Origin: Chloroflexota bacterium
GTDB lineage: Bacteria > Chloroflexota > Anaerolineae > UBA4142
Direction: 5' to 3'
DNA length: 64,000 nucleotides
NCBI GenBank assembly: GCA_016215025.1
Contig: JACRMI010000139.1
Location: 20,862-84,861 of the forward strand
Part shown: positions 26,287 through 35,339 of the stretch, piece by piece
Position numbering within the stretch: the stretch's first letter is position 1
Layout: every line of letters begins with the position of its first letter
Made by a program: the position numbers and the translations under genes
The notes under the pieces: model-generated
The model's input: only the letters and a program-made list of their open reading frames with translations
Databases searched by the model: none
Told to the model about the DNA's origin: nothing

Positions 26287-26425
26287 CATGTCTCCTTTCC
26301 AAAAACTGCGGAGGCGCGCGTGTTTCCTTGCGCGCCCACAACTCGGGTTAGCGAGTTCCTCGGATCGAGGTTCGGCGCGTACCGCATAGAGTCATCCTCG
26401 GTAGCGGTACGCGCTCGGAGAGAAA
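26287..26425 (-). ncRNA. Candidate molybdenum-cofactor (Moco) riboswitch
   Basis: The minus-strand RNA starts right after the miniprotein stop. It reads UCUCCGAGCGCGUACCGC..GCGGUACGCGCC, hairpins CCUCGAUCCGAGG and AACUCGCUAACCCGAGUU, then GGCGCGCaaggaaacacGCGCGCCUCCGCAGUUUUUGGAAAGGAGACAUGG. As I recall it, this 3' part closely parallels the E. coli moaA Moco element (..GGCGAAGgaagaaaugaCUUCGCCUCCCGUAUCUGGAAAGGUGUACAUGG). 5' UCUCC can pair with the SD GGAGA. Not verified with a covariance model. Confidence 0.45.
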
Positions 26426-26680
26426 TTATTTGGGTTTGAAAAGTGACTGCATCAAGTCGCGATTTTTTGTTTCGACATCACGACACGCCGGGCAACGCTC
26501 GTCGTCATCATTTGCTTGAAACGGTAGACGACACTTGGCGCATTCGTGATCTGCCTCAGCTTGCTTTAGCGCTTGGAGATTTCGAGTTCGTTGTTCGTTA
26601 GCGGCGACGCGTTTAGCTATCGTCTTCAACGGACTGGCGAGCTGCGCGAAGAAATCGCGACGAGAAAGTGATTGGCTCAT
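26426..26680 (-). CDS. 84-aa protein with an N-terminal twin-arginine-like motif (SRRDFF) but no hydrophobic h-region, plus a CxxC..CxxC zinc ribbon
   Basis: MSQSLSRRDFFAQLASPLKTIAKRVAANEQ... followed by CAKCRLPFQANDDDERCPAC. Located between the Mo-subunit gene and the riboswitch-like element. Confidence 0.5.
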   Translation of the reverse strand: MSQSLSRRDFFAQLASPLKTIAKRVAANEQRTRNLQALKQAEADHECAKCRLPFQANDDDERCPACRDVETKNRDLMQSLFKPK

Positions 26681-26690
26681 ATTTGTTCCA

Positions 26691-26729
26691 AGACCTTCCA
26701 GGTTTTCGCAGAGCGAACCTGGAAGGTCT
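26691..26729. repeat. Intercistronic 14-bp perfect hairpin
   Basis: agaccttccaggtt / aacctggaaggtct with loop ttcgcagagcg, between the Mo-subunit stop (26738) and the miniprotein start (26680). No U-run. Confidence 0.7.
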
Positions 26730-26737
26730 CTGCTTCA

Positions 26738-29700
26738 TTACGCTTTCACCACTTTGACTCGCGTATCATAAAACACCGCGCTGCCACCAACCGAATCCAC
26801 GAGCGTCGTGTTCTTCAAGTACGGATCGACGCGCATCGCCGCGTTCGCGTGTATACCGCGCGTGCGTCGCACATCGCCCTTGACGACCTGACCATCAATC
26901 GTCACATCCACGCCGCCGTACGCAAAGTGCCCAAAGCCGAGCGCGAACGATACGACGCCAGGCCGAATGCCTTGAATCACTTTGAGCTTGCCGACGATGG
27001 GAACTTTGGTGCCGTTCTTCAAATCCCATTCGCCGTTCGGATTCGTCGCCGAGACCACACGCACGCGGTCGCCGTTCTTGAGGCCGCGTTTCGCCGCGTC
27101 CTGCGCGTTCATCAAGACCGCATTCTCCGGCAAGAGCGCGAGCAGCCAATAGTTGGTTGCCGTGCGCGATTTCGTTTGGAAGATTTCGCGATACGTGATC
27201 ATTTGCAAGTCGAATCCTTGCGCTTCGTCATCGATCGGTTTTTGCGTCACGTCCACTGGACCCGGGATGTAGGACGGGTATGCGATCAACGCTTTGCCCG
27301 TCATCGAATGCTTGACCTTCGCCGTTTTTTCCTGATACAAGTTGATCAGCTTGCCGTACTTGTTTGCGACCTTGTCGCCGTCGTAAATCTTGGCGTAATC
27401 CTGGAAGCGCCCGCCGCGATTCAGAACAAAGATCACTTTTTTCCAAACCGAATCGCCGACGATCTTTTTCCACTCGTCCGCGTCGAACACGGTCTTGGGC
27501 AAGTGCTTGCGCGCATCGAGGAAAATTTTCACTTCGGCGTCGTCCGCATCCGGCACGCCGTCCGAACCGTCGCTCTTTTCACCGAACGCGAGATTCGCGA
27601 CCATGCGCAAGTACAGATCGTTTTGGTGCACGAGCGGCTTGCCTTCGCCAAAACCGTTTGGACCGAAATTCGGCAGATTCAATTTTTCTGCGATGCCGAG
27701 CAGCATCGCTTCGAGCGAGATCGGCATTTCGCGTCCATACACCTTGACGGTTTCGACGAGCGGCGCGATGGTGGGCTGGCGCACGGGATGCACCTTGACC
27801 GTCATCGATGGATGCGACCCGGCAAATTCCCAACGTTCCATGTTGGTGAGATCGGGGAAGATGTAGTCGGCATACATCGACGTTTCGCCGACGACGATGT
27901 CGTTCGCGATGATGAGCGGAATCTTGTTCGGGTCGGACAGGATTTCGATATTGGCATGTCCCGCCGGCAATGAGTACACCGGCGAACCCATGTAGATGAA
28001 CCACGCTTTCACGCCGTACGGATACGCGTCGCCCATCGAAGGAATTTGTTCTTGATAAATGTCCGACGCGAGCGGATACCAATTGCGCTTGGCCGGATAG
28101 CCCGCAAAGAGTGTCGTGTCTTCGTACTTGATATCGTGGCGGATGATGCTGATGCCGAATGGATTGTGTTTGTTCGGCGTGAGTTTCGACAAGTTGAACG
28201 GACCATCGGCTTTGCTGCCGACCGTGTCGTACGTCGAGACTTTGACAAACCCGCCCTTCCAATCATAGTTGCCGAGCAACAGGTTCAACGTGTTCCACGA
28301 GATGACGTTGTAGAAACCATTCGTGTGTTGCGATACCCCGCGATGAATGTCCGCGCACGCTTTTTTGCCGTGCGATACAAACTCGCGCGCCACTTCTTCC
28401 AGGTCGCGCGCGTTCACGCCTGCGATCTCCGCCCATTTTTCGAACGGGTTCGTGTTCGCCGATCCGGTCAGGATCACGAAGGATGATTTGACCTTGAAAT
28501 CCTTGACCGTCGTATCCACGCTCAAATCGCCAACGACTGCATTCTTGTCGTCGTTCGGATCGAATGCGACCGGCTTGCCGTCCACCAGGACAACGAGTGG
28601 ATCAAACAGGAATTCCTTGCCCTCGCTCGTTTTCCAAACGTCGATTTCTTTGCCGTCCTTGTCCTTGCCTTTTTCTTTTGTCGTGACACCTGCTTCGGTC
28701 GCGCGCAAGAAGACGGTCGGTTGATCTTTTTCGATTTTCACGAGCCATGAGGCGTTGCACCACGACGCTTCTTTCGCCGCGATGGCGGCGGCTTTGTTCG
28801 CGGCGCGCAAGAATTTTTCATCGTACTTTTTGTTATCGACGACCCACCGAATCAGGCCGAGCGCGATTGCGCCTTCGGTGCCGGGTTTGTTCGGCATCCA
28901 CTTCCACGCTTTCGACGCAAGCTTCGACAAGCGCGGATCGATCACGACATATTTGAGTCGTCCACTCGCGAGACCATTCGTGATGCGCGGCACGCGATTC
29001 GACGGACCATAGTTGCCTTCAAACGGCGATGCGCCGACGAAGATGACGAACTCGGAATTTTCGAGGTCGGCTTGCCAGTAGAATTTTTCGCCGCCGGTGA
29101 AACTACCCGCCGCGAATTGTTCGCTCATCGCCTTGCCGGAAAAGTACAGCGAACCTTGGCAGACGGTGGTGTGACCGTGCGCGTTGGTCGAGCCGAACGC
29201 GTCTTTGGTAAAGCGGTTGATGAAATCACTGCGCCCGCCCTTCAAGCGTCCCCAGGTGAACACCATCTGATTGTTCTTGGGTCCGAGATCGGGATGATCG
29301 GGGTCGATCAACTTGTCGAGGTCGGCGGCGAATTTTACTTTGAAATCGGCGACGAGCGCCTTTTTCTTCTCCGCGTCTTTTTCAGCATAAATTTTTGCGA
29401 CGGCATCGCTCATCGCTTTGGCGACTTTGGGATCGCGCAGCGCGTAAATGTCTTTCAAGCCGGTGACCACGCGATTTTCTTCGCCCGCAACGTTCGCGAA
29501 CAATTTGCCGCCGTCGGAAACCTCGCTGATCGCTTGCTCGAATGGAATAGCTTGCCATTTATTTTCGCCACGCTTGCCTGAGCGTTTCAAGACTTTGACG
29601 AGGCGGTACGGATCGTACGTCGTCTGAATGCCTGCGTGCGCCTTGGGACAAATTGCGCCGTCAATCGTCGCAGCTTCCGTCACCGGCGTTTTGTATGGGA

Positions 29701-30013
29701 GGTGCGGATTCAGCGTGAACGGATTGAACGGATTGCCATCGATTTTCGAGATGACGCCGTTCACGAGTTTGACTTTGATGCCGCAGTTGGTGTTGCACTG
29801 TTGGCACACGCTGTAGATAATGTTTTCCGGTTTTGCGAGTGCATAACCTTGCTCTGCCGCTGCGCTCACGACGTTTCCTTCCAGCACATCCCAGGCGAGA
29901 TTAAGTGACGATGCAAACGTCGCCGAGCCGCCAAGGAATGCGCCAATCTTTAGAAAATCGCGACGCGTGATATTGGTGATGGGTTCATCGAGAATTTTAT
30001 TTTGGTCATTCAT
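26738..30013 (-). CDS. Molybdopterin (Mo/W-bisPGD) oxidoreductase catalytic subunit, Tat-exported, Cys-ligated Psr/Phs/Ttr/Arr-type; substrate unknown
   Basis: Tat signal [21 protein letters not shown]-terminal FS0 motif [12 protein letters not shown]...CPKAHAG. Probable Mo ligand in [10 protein letters not shown]. About 1090 aa. Start taken at the second ATG of ATGACCATGAAT (AGGAG sits 8 nt upstream); the ORF is open to 30082. Confidence 0.9.
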   Translation of the reverse strand: MNDQNKILDEPITNITRRDFLKIGAFLGGSATFASSLNLAWDVLEGNVVSAAAEQGYALAKPENIIYSVCQQCNTNCGIKVKLVNGVISKIDGNPFNPFTLNPHLPYKTPVTEAATIDGAICPKAHAGIQTTYDPYRLVKVLKRSGKRGENKWQAIPFEQAISEVSDGGKLFANVAGEENRVVTGLKDIYALRDPKVAKAMSDAVAKIYAEKDAEKKKALVADFKVKFAADLDKLIDPDHPDLGPKNNQMVFTWGRLKGGRSDFINRFTKDAFGSTNAHGHTTVCQGSLYFSGKAMSEQFAAGSFTGGEKFYWQADLENSEFVIFVGASPFEGNYGPSNRVPRITNGLASGRLKYVVIDPRLSKLASKAWKWMPNKPGTEGAIALGLIRWVVDNKKYDEKFLRAANKAAAIAAKEASWCNASWLVKIEKDQPTVFLRATEAGVTTKEKGKDKDGKEIDVWKTSEGKEFLFDPLVVLVDGKPVAFDPNDDKNAVVGDLSVDTTVKDFKVKSSFVILTGSANTNPFEKWAEIAGVNARDLEEVAREFVSHGKKACADIHRGVSQHTNGFYNVISWNTLNLLLGNYDWKGGFVKVSTYDTVGSKADGPFNLSKLTPNKHNPFGISIIRHDIKYEDTTLFAGYPAKRNWYPLASDIYQEQIPSMGDAYPYGVKAWFIYMGSPVYSLPAGHANIEILSDPNKIPLIIANDIVVGETSMYADYIFPDLTNMERWEFAGSHPSMTVKVHPVRQPTIAPLVETVKVYGREMPISLEAMLLGIAEKLNLPNFGPNGFGEGKPLVHQNDLYLRMVANLAFGEKSDGSDGVPDADDAEVKIFLDARKHLPKTVFDADEWKKIVGDSVWKKVIFVLNRGGRFQDYAKIYDGDKVANKYGKLINLYQEKTAKVKHSMTGKALIAYPSYIPGPVDVTQKPIDDEAQGFDLQMITYREIFQTKSRTATNYWLLALLPENAVLMNAQDAAKRGLKNGDRVRVVSATNPNGEWDLKNGTKVPIVGKLKVIQGIRPGVVSFALGFGHFAYGGVDVTIDGQVVKGDVRRTRGIHANAAMRVDPYLKNTTLVDSVGGSAVFYDTRVKVVKA

Positions 30014-30103
30014 GGTCATTTCTCCTGTCGTGATGTGTCGTGTGACGTTGGGCGGGTGACGCGAGTTAGCATGTGCCGTCACTCGTCACTTGTCACGCGT
30101 CAC

Positions 30104-31348
30104 TCATTCTGCCTGCGTTCCCGCGCCGCTTGACTCGCGCACAATCGGCAGGACTTGATAACCGATGAGGAACGCGAGCAAGCCCGCTGAAATCGCCCAG
30201 ACTTGGACGAGCCATTCGGTCAGTGTTGGCAAATAATCAAAGCTCAAGCCCGGACCCGTAAACGCTTCTGCCAAGCCGTTGATCTCCGGTACGGCAAGAC
30301 CTGGGATGACGATGTTGAGGCGTACGGTGAAAAACGTGACGGCGATCAACAAACCAGCCACCGCAACCCAGAACGCCGATTTGGGTTGGAAAATCATGAG
30401 CAAAAGGGGAACGACGACGCCCAGTCCGATGTGTACGCCCCAGAATACCCAGGCATAGGGTCCGAACAAAACGAGTTTCATGCTTGCCACATCGGCCGGG
30501 ATTGCAGAATACAATCCGATAGAATACTCTGCCCATTCGAGCATCACATCGAACAACAACAGTCCAAGCGCAATCTTGCCCAGGAAGAGCACTGTGTCTC
30601 TGTGTTCCGCGCTGCCCTGATTCGGTCCAAAGACATAAGTGACAAAGGTGAGCAGCGCACCGCCACTGCACAACGCGCCGACGAGGAACATGATCGGCGT
30701 CAAGCCGGTGTTCCAGTAGGGCCGCGCGCCGACAACGCCGAACAGTGCGCCGACGCCGCCGTGAAACGCAATCGCGAGCGGCACACCCAATGTGCCCAGC
30801 ACGCGCAGAACACTTTTATCGCGTGCGAGTTTAGCTGGGGAAACATCTTTTTGTCCAAAAGTGAGTATCCCTGCCACTTTACCGGCGAAATCTTTGCGTG
30901 TGCTCCACGCAACAAAATCCGCCCGCAACGCGAACCACAGCTCGGCAAGCAGCAAAACAAAGTATGCCGTGTAGAGCCAGATCATCCAGCCCATCATCGA
31001 GCCAAAATTCGTCGCGAACATCAAGCGCCACGCGCGTTCGGGACGACCCAGGTCGAGAAAGACACTGAACATTGCCACCGCGAGTGAAATGACGGCGGTG
31101 AACAACGCAAGCTTGCCAATCTTTTCCAGCTTCTTGATGCCGAATGCGTATACGAGCGCGGAAATAAGGAACGCGCCCGCGGAAATGCCGACGAGATAAA
31201 TGTACGCCCCGATCCACAAACCCCATGGGATGTAACTGCCGTAACTTACATTCATGTGTCCCGTCGCAAAGCGGTCGTACAAGCCGTACGCTCCGGCGAC
31301 GAATCCAATGATCGCGACAAGCCAGAGTAATCGTTTCAAGTTTTTCAT
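30104..31348 (-). CDS. NrfD/PsrC-family quinol-interacting membrane anchor subunit
   Basis: 414 aa with about 10 TM spans, located between the 4x[4Fe-4S] subunit and the Mo subunit. The N-terminal YIPWGLWIGAYIYLVGISAGAF segment is typical of NrfD-like proteins. Confidence 0.85.
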   Translation of the reverse strand: MKNLKRLLWLVAIIGFVAGAYGLYDRFATGHMNVSYGSYIPWGLWIGAYIYLVGISAGAFLISALVYAFGIKKLEKIGKLALFTAVISLAVAMFSVFLDLGRPERAWRLMFATNFGSMMGWMIWLYTAYFVLLLAELWFALRADFVAWSTRKDFAGKVAGILTFGQKDVSPAKLARDKSVLRVLGTLGVPLAIAFHGGVGALFGVVGARPYWNTGLTPIMFLVGALCSGGALLTFVTYVFGPNQGSAEHRDTVLFLGKIALGLLLFDVMLEWAEYSIGLYSAIPADVASMKLVLFGPYAWVFWGVHIGLGVVVPLLLMIFQPKSAFWVAVAGLLIAVTFFTVRLNIVIPGLAVPEINGLAEAFTGPGLSFDYLPTLTEWLVQVWAISAGLLAFLIGYQVLPIVRESSGAGTQAE

Positions 31349-31423
31349 AGTTGATTCTCCAATCAGTGGTCAGTGGTCGGTGGTCAGTGGACATTCTATC
31401 CACTACCCACTGTCCACTATCCA

Positions 31424-32215
31424 CTAGACGAGGTAGTATACCTTCGGCTCGGTGCCCATTTCTTCTTTGAGGCGTGTTACATTCGTCGAGCCGAGCAGAT
31501 TGGACACAAGCGCGTCAGGATCATTTGCATCGCCAAAGTACGTCGCGCGACCGATGCACGTGGTCGTGCACGCGGGCAACATGCCTGCATCCAAGCGATG
31601 ATTGCAGAATTGGCATTTGCGCGCGTTGCCAATCGGCGATTCGTCAGCTTTGCGTTCCCAGGCGACGCCGTATTCGTAGGATGGTAATTTTTCGTACGAT
31701 TCTACTTTGGGGCGACCCGTGACGGACGGCGGTGTGCCGGGCGTGCCTTCGAGGTACGAGCGTCCCGCGTCGAACGTGCGCGCGGAGTACGGGCACGCGG
31801 TCAAGCAATAGCGGCAACCGATGCAGTCGTTGTAGTTGATCGCGACGATGCCATCCGGTCGCTTGTAGGTTGCGTTGACGGGGCAGACGTTGACGCACGG
31901 TGGATTATCGCACTGCATACATGGACGTGGCACAAAGCGGCGCGTCACATTCGGGTACGAGCCGATTTCTTCTTCCATCACCGGGCGATACACCACACCG
32001 GGCGGTAGTTTGTTTTCGACAACGCACGCGATCGTGCAAGACGAGCAACCGACGCATTTGCGTAGATCGAGCACCATCACCCAGCGGCGATCTTTGGCAT
32101 CCTTTTTGAGCGCGCGACGCAAGTCCTCTTGCATTCTGAGGAGCGGGTCTTCGGGTGTTCCGACCGGCGCTGCGCCGACGATGAACTGAGCGAGTTCTTG
32201 GGTCGTGACAGGCAT
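31424..32215 (-). CDS. Four-cluster [4Fe-4S] ferredoxin-type electron-transfer subunit (DmsB/PsrB/TtrB-like)
   Basis: Cys groups [37 protein letters not shown] and [20 protein letters not shown]. Start ATG 32215 has a GGAGGTAAG SD (the ORF is open to 32401). Confidence 0.9.
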   Translation of the reverse strand: MPVTTQELAQFIVGAAPVGTPEDPLLRMQEDLRRALKKDAKDRRWVMVLDLRKCVGCSSCTIACVVENKLPPGVVYRPVMEEEIGSYPNVTRRFVPRPCMQCDNPPCVNVCPVNATYKRPDGIVAINYNDCIGCRYCLTACPYSARTFDAGRSYLEGTPGTPPSVTGRPKVESYEKLPSYEYGVAWERKADESPIGNARKCQFCNHRLDAGMLPACTTTCIGRATYFGDANDPDALVSNLLGSTNVTRLKEEMGTEPKVYYLV

Positions 32216-32230
32216 CTTACCTCCTTGAAA

Positions 32231-32270
32231 ATAAAAAAAGCCAGAGACAACTTTACCGTAGGTCTCTGGC
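32231..32270 (-). promoter_or_regulatory. Hairpin plus U-run immediately 5' of the Fe-S subunit SD (attenuator-like leader)
   Basis: On the minus strand, gccagagac / gucucuggc forms a 9-bp stem with a 13-nt loop, followed by uuuuuuuauuuu, then CAAGGAGGUAAGAUG. Confidence 0.5.
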
Positions 32271-32392
32271 TTGATTCTAACTTCAGGGTAGCCGATTTTC
32301 CAGCAGGGAAACCCTGTTCCAATTGGTACAATGCAAGGGAAATTCCTACAATTTCCCCAAATCTGAAGGGGAAAACCTGACAAGAAAAAATC

Positions 32393-32425
32393 GCGGACCA
32401 AGTCCGCGATTTTTTCTCAATCGGA
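32393..32425. terminator. Bidirectional rho-independent terminator
   Basis: atcgcggac / gtccgcgat 9-bp stem with a 3-nt loop, flanked by aaaaaa and tttttt. Confidence 0.75.
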
Positions 32426-32496
32426 GAAAGCTGTTTTCTTGTCTGAGAGCCGCAAAACGTATCGAGAATGTCCAGAAAACGGGTTTCTGATCGAGT

Positions 32497-32661
32497 TTAT
32501 GGTTTGTGTAAGACGGTCTTTGGTGTCTCTACGGGTTTGACTTGGGGAACCTCGACATCTAGCTCACCGGCCAAACCTTTGACCGCGAGTGCAAAGCCGA
32601 TAAAGATCAACGTGCCAAGTAACGTGTCTCCGACCAAAACCCAAATTGCAAAGTTTTCCAT
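32497..32661 (-). CDS. 54-aa single-TM miniprotein (below the ORF-track cutoff)
   Basis: Hand translation gives MENFAIWVLVGDTLLGTLIFIGFALAVKGLAGELDVEVPQVKPVETPKTVLHKP. A strong SD is present (GGAGGTTAAAATG). It is followed by the 32393-32425 terminator. Confidence 0.4.
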   Translation of the reverse strand: MENFAIWVLVGDTLLGTLIFIGFALAVKGLAGELDVEVPQVKPVETPKTVLHKP

Positions 32662-32800
32662 TTTAACCTCCGTGTCTTGCGTTTATGAATTGTCGCTTGA
32701 CCGGAACTATACAACCAATGCCTGGCTGATACAATCACTTTTCCCGTGATTTAGCATACTGCAAGTTAGGTATTTGGCATACTGTGTTCAAGGTATGGCT

Positions 32801-33448
32801 TTAGTTGGCTGAATCGATCAACCCGTGTTTCATGGCATATCTAATCAGTTCGGTGCGATTGTGTAAATTGAGTTTTTGCATGATGTTGGCGCGATGCGTC
32901 GCCACGGTGAATGGGCTGAGCACCAACTTGTCCGCGATTTGCTGATTGGTCAACCCTTCCGCAATGAGCGCAAGAATTTCGCGCTGACGCGGCGTCAGTT
33001 CTTCGATTTGTTGTTTCTCCGGCGCGCTGGCGCGATTGAGGTAGTTGCTCACCAGATGCTTGGCTGCCGAGGGCTGCAAATAAACTTGGCCACCTTTGAC
33101 AGCTTGGAGCGCAAGTACAAGTTCGCTCACGTCCGCGCCTTTTAAAATATAGCCCGATGCGCCGACCGCGAGCGCGCGAAACAAATAATCCGCATCGTCA
33201 TGGACCGTGAGCAACAACACATTCACCTCTGGCAGAACGCGTTTGATTTGCGCGGTTGCTTCCAAGCCGTCGAGATCAGGCATTCCAATATCCATCAGAA
33301 CGATGTCCGGTTTGAGCGCACACGTCTGCGCAACTGCTTCTGTGCCATTCGCAGCTTCGCCTACCACTTGCAAATCGGTTTGTGTTTCAAGCAGCGCGCG
33401 AATGCCACGTCGAACGAGCGTGTGGTCATCGGCAAGCACAATTTTCAT
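32801..33448 (-). CDS. NarL/LuxR-family response regulator (triplet 1)
   Basis: Receiver domain with DIVLMDIGMPDLDG. C-terminal LuxR HTH: LTPRQREILALIAEGLTNQQIADKLVLSPFTVATHRANIMQKL. Confidence 0.9.
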   Translation of the reverse strand: MKIVLADDHTLVRRGIRALLETQTDLQVVGEAANGTEAVAQTCALKPDIVLMDIGMPDLDGLEATAQIKRVLPEVNVLLLTVHDDADYLFRALAVGASGYILKGADVSELVLALQAVKGGQVYLQPSAAKHLVSNYLNRASAPEKQQIEELTPRQREILALIAEGLTNQQIADKLVLSPFTVATHRANIMQKLNLHNRTELIRYAMKHGLIDSAN

Positions 33449-33476
33449 GTTGGGCTATATCTCCAAATTGTAAGCG

Positions 33477-35339
33477 TTACGTCGGAATCTCTACCTGGAC
33501 GCGCGTCCCACTTGCTGCGCGACTGTCGATCTCCAATCGTCCACCCACCAATTCCGCGCGCTCGCGCATGCCAAGCAACCCCATCGTGCCGGCGCGTGAT
33601 GCGCTGATGGTATCGAATCCTATACCGTCATCTTCGACGAGGGCAGCAATGCGACACGTTTCAAAACGCAATACGATGGTCACGTGGTTGGCGTGCGCGT
33701 GTTGCACGATATTGTTCACGGCTTCTTGCACGATGCGAAAGAGCGCGGTCTCGCTCTGCGATGCGAGTCGTCGCCGCGCGCCATGAACTTGGAAATCGAG
33801 CGCGAGTTTCGCCGTCGCACACGCGCGCTCCGCGAAACTTCGCAAGGCGGGCGCGAGACCGGCATCGTCGAGCACGCTGGGACGCAAGTCAAACATCAAT
33901 TGGCGGGTTTGATCGAGAATTTGCGATGCCAGAATGCGGGTCTCGGTCAGGCGGGCGTGCGTCGGTGCATCGTTCGCAAGCGTTTGCTCGTGCGTCTGCA
34001 AGCCGACGATCAACGCCGTCAGACTCTGCGCGAATTCGTCGTGCAGTTCGCGCGCGATCCGTTTGCGTTCCTCTTCCTGCGCTTGGATCACATGGTCGAG
34101 CAGTTGGCGATGGAATTGCTCGCGCCGCTGAGCTTGAGCTAGTTCGAGATTCTCAATGGCTAAACCGATCTGTTGTCCCATCGCCGTGAGGAGACGCAGA
34201 AGGTCGGCTCCAAAATAATCTGCATCTGCGCACGCTAGATGCAAAGCGCCCCACCCACGCGCGCGTGATACGAGCGGAACTAACGCATGGTAGGCGCGCG
34301 GCGCGAGCGTAGCGCAGATTTGACCGTCGTGCGCGACACAGGCTGCGCTGCGCATATCGCACGCGCAATCACACGAGGCAAGTTGCGCAGCGAGTTCAGG
34401 GGATACTTGACGTGTTGCGAGCACACTCAAGTTTTCGCCGTCGCGCAATACAATCCAGCCCATCGTAAGATTCGTGACCCGAAGCGTTTCGTCGAGCGCG
34501 CTGGTCAAGAGCGCGTCCACATCGGCGCTGTGGCTGATCGCTGTAGCGAGCGTGTTTAGCGCTGCAAGCTCTTCGTTGCGTTCGCGCAATTGCGCGTTCG
34601 ACGTTTGCAGTTCACCCTGGGAACGCGCGAGCGCGTGCGTCATCGCGTTGAATGAATTGCCAAGCTGCGCGATCTCTTCTTGTCCGGCAATCGGCGCGAC
34701 GGGTGTGAAATCGCCGCGGGCAACCGCACCAGTCGCCGCAACCAGCTTTTCGAGCGGACGCGCCAGCACTCGCGCGAGCAAATATGCAGTGATGAAAACG
34801 GGAAGCAAACTCAATAGGGTCACGAGCATGAGGTTCCACGTATGGCGATCAATATCTGCGTTCATCGCGCGTTCGGACATGCCGACCCGCACCACACCAA
34901 TCTTGCCTTCGAGTAATGGCGCGGCGACATCGAGCACAAAACCTTCCTCGGTGCTGATGCGCTGCAAGTGATTTTTCCCAGCGACGGCGACACGATTGGC
35001 CGCGACGATTCCTTTGGGGACGCTGCGTCCGAAACTATGCGCGAGAACGCGGTCGTTCGCGTCGAGGACGAGAATGTAACGCAGGTCGGGATTGTTGAGC
35101 AGCGCATCGCTGATCAATTCGTTTAGGCGAAACAGGTCGTCGGTCAACACCACGTCGGTCGCATATGCGGCGAATGCAGACGCAGTCGCCACACTCCGCT
35201 GGTCGAATTGTTCGCGCGCGAAGGATTCGACTTCGGCGCGATTCAAGTACGTGCGAATCAAGCCCAACCCAAGCGTGAGCAACAACATCGCGCTGACAAG
35301 TTGAAAGGAGAGACTGGAGAAGCGAAGCCAACGCATCAT
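33477..35339 (-). CDS. NarX-type sensor histidine kinase: periplasmic domain, HAMP, Cys-rich GAF, HisKA_3, HATPase (triplet 1)
   Basis: Two TM spans flank a ~150-aa periplasmic domain. HAMP motif (PLEKLVAATGAVARGDF). GAF with SCDCACDMRSAACVAHDGQIC. H-box RIARELHDEFAQSL. G-boxes DDGIGF and GLLGMRERA. Overlaps the upstream binding-protein gene by 4 nt. Confidence 0.85.
   Translation of the reverse strand: MMRWLRFSSLSFQLVSAMLLLTLGLGLIRTYLNRAEVESFAREQFDQRSVATASAFAAYATDVVLTDDLFRLNELISDALLNNPDLRYILVLDANDRVLAHSFGRSVPKGIVAANRVAVAGKNHLQRISTEEGFVLDVAAPLLEGKIGVVRVGMSERAMNADIDRHTWNLMLVTLLSLLPVFITAYLLARVLARPLEKLVAATGAVARGDFTPVAPIAGQEEIAQLGNSFNAMTHALARSQGELQTSNAQLRERNEELAALNTLATAISHSADVDALLTSALDETLRVTNLTMGWIVLRDGENLSVLATRQVSPELAAQLASCDCACDMRSAACVAHDGQICATLAPRAYHALVPLVSRARGWGALHLACADADYFGADLLRLLTAMGQQIGLAIENLELAQAQRREQFHRQLLDHVIQAQEEERKRIARELHDEFAQSLTALIVGLQTHEQTLANDAPTHARLTETRILASQILDQTRQLMFDLRPSVLDDAGLAPALRSFAERACATAKLALDFQVHGARRRLASQSETALFRIVQEAVNNIVQHAHANHVTIVLRFETCRIAALVEDDGIGFDTISASRAGTMGLLGMRERAELVGGRLEIDSRAASGTRVQVEIPT

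Noticed and set aside
26672-27973. 433-aa + strand ORF, among the longest ORFs on this strand in the track
   Set aside because: It lies entirely antisense to the molybdopterin oxidoreductase gene. Its composition is Arg/His/Asp/Val-rich and low-complexity, typical of a shadow frame in a GC-rich gene. It has no SD and no recognisable domain.
30203-31087. 294-aa + strand ORF
   Set aside because: It is antisense to the NrfD-type membrane subunit, highly charged, with no start context.
32468-32749. 93-aa + strand ORF between the regulator gene and the reductase operon
   Set aside because: It has no SD. The opposite strand carries a 54-aa ORF with a strong SD, a clean TM helix and its own terminator, which explains the open frame better.
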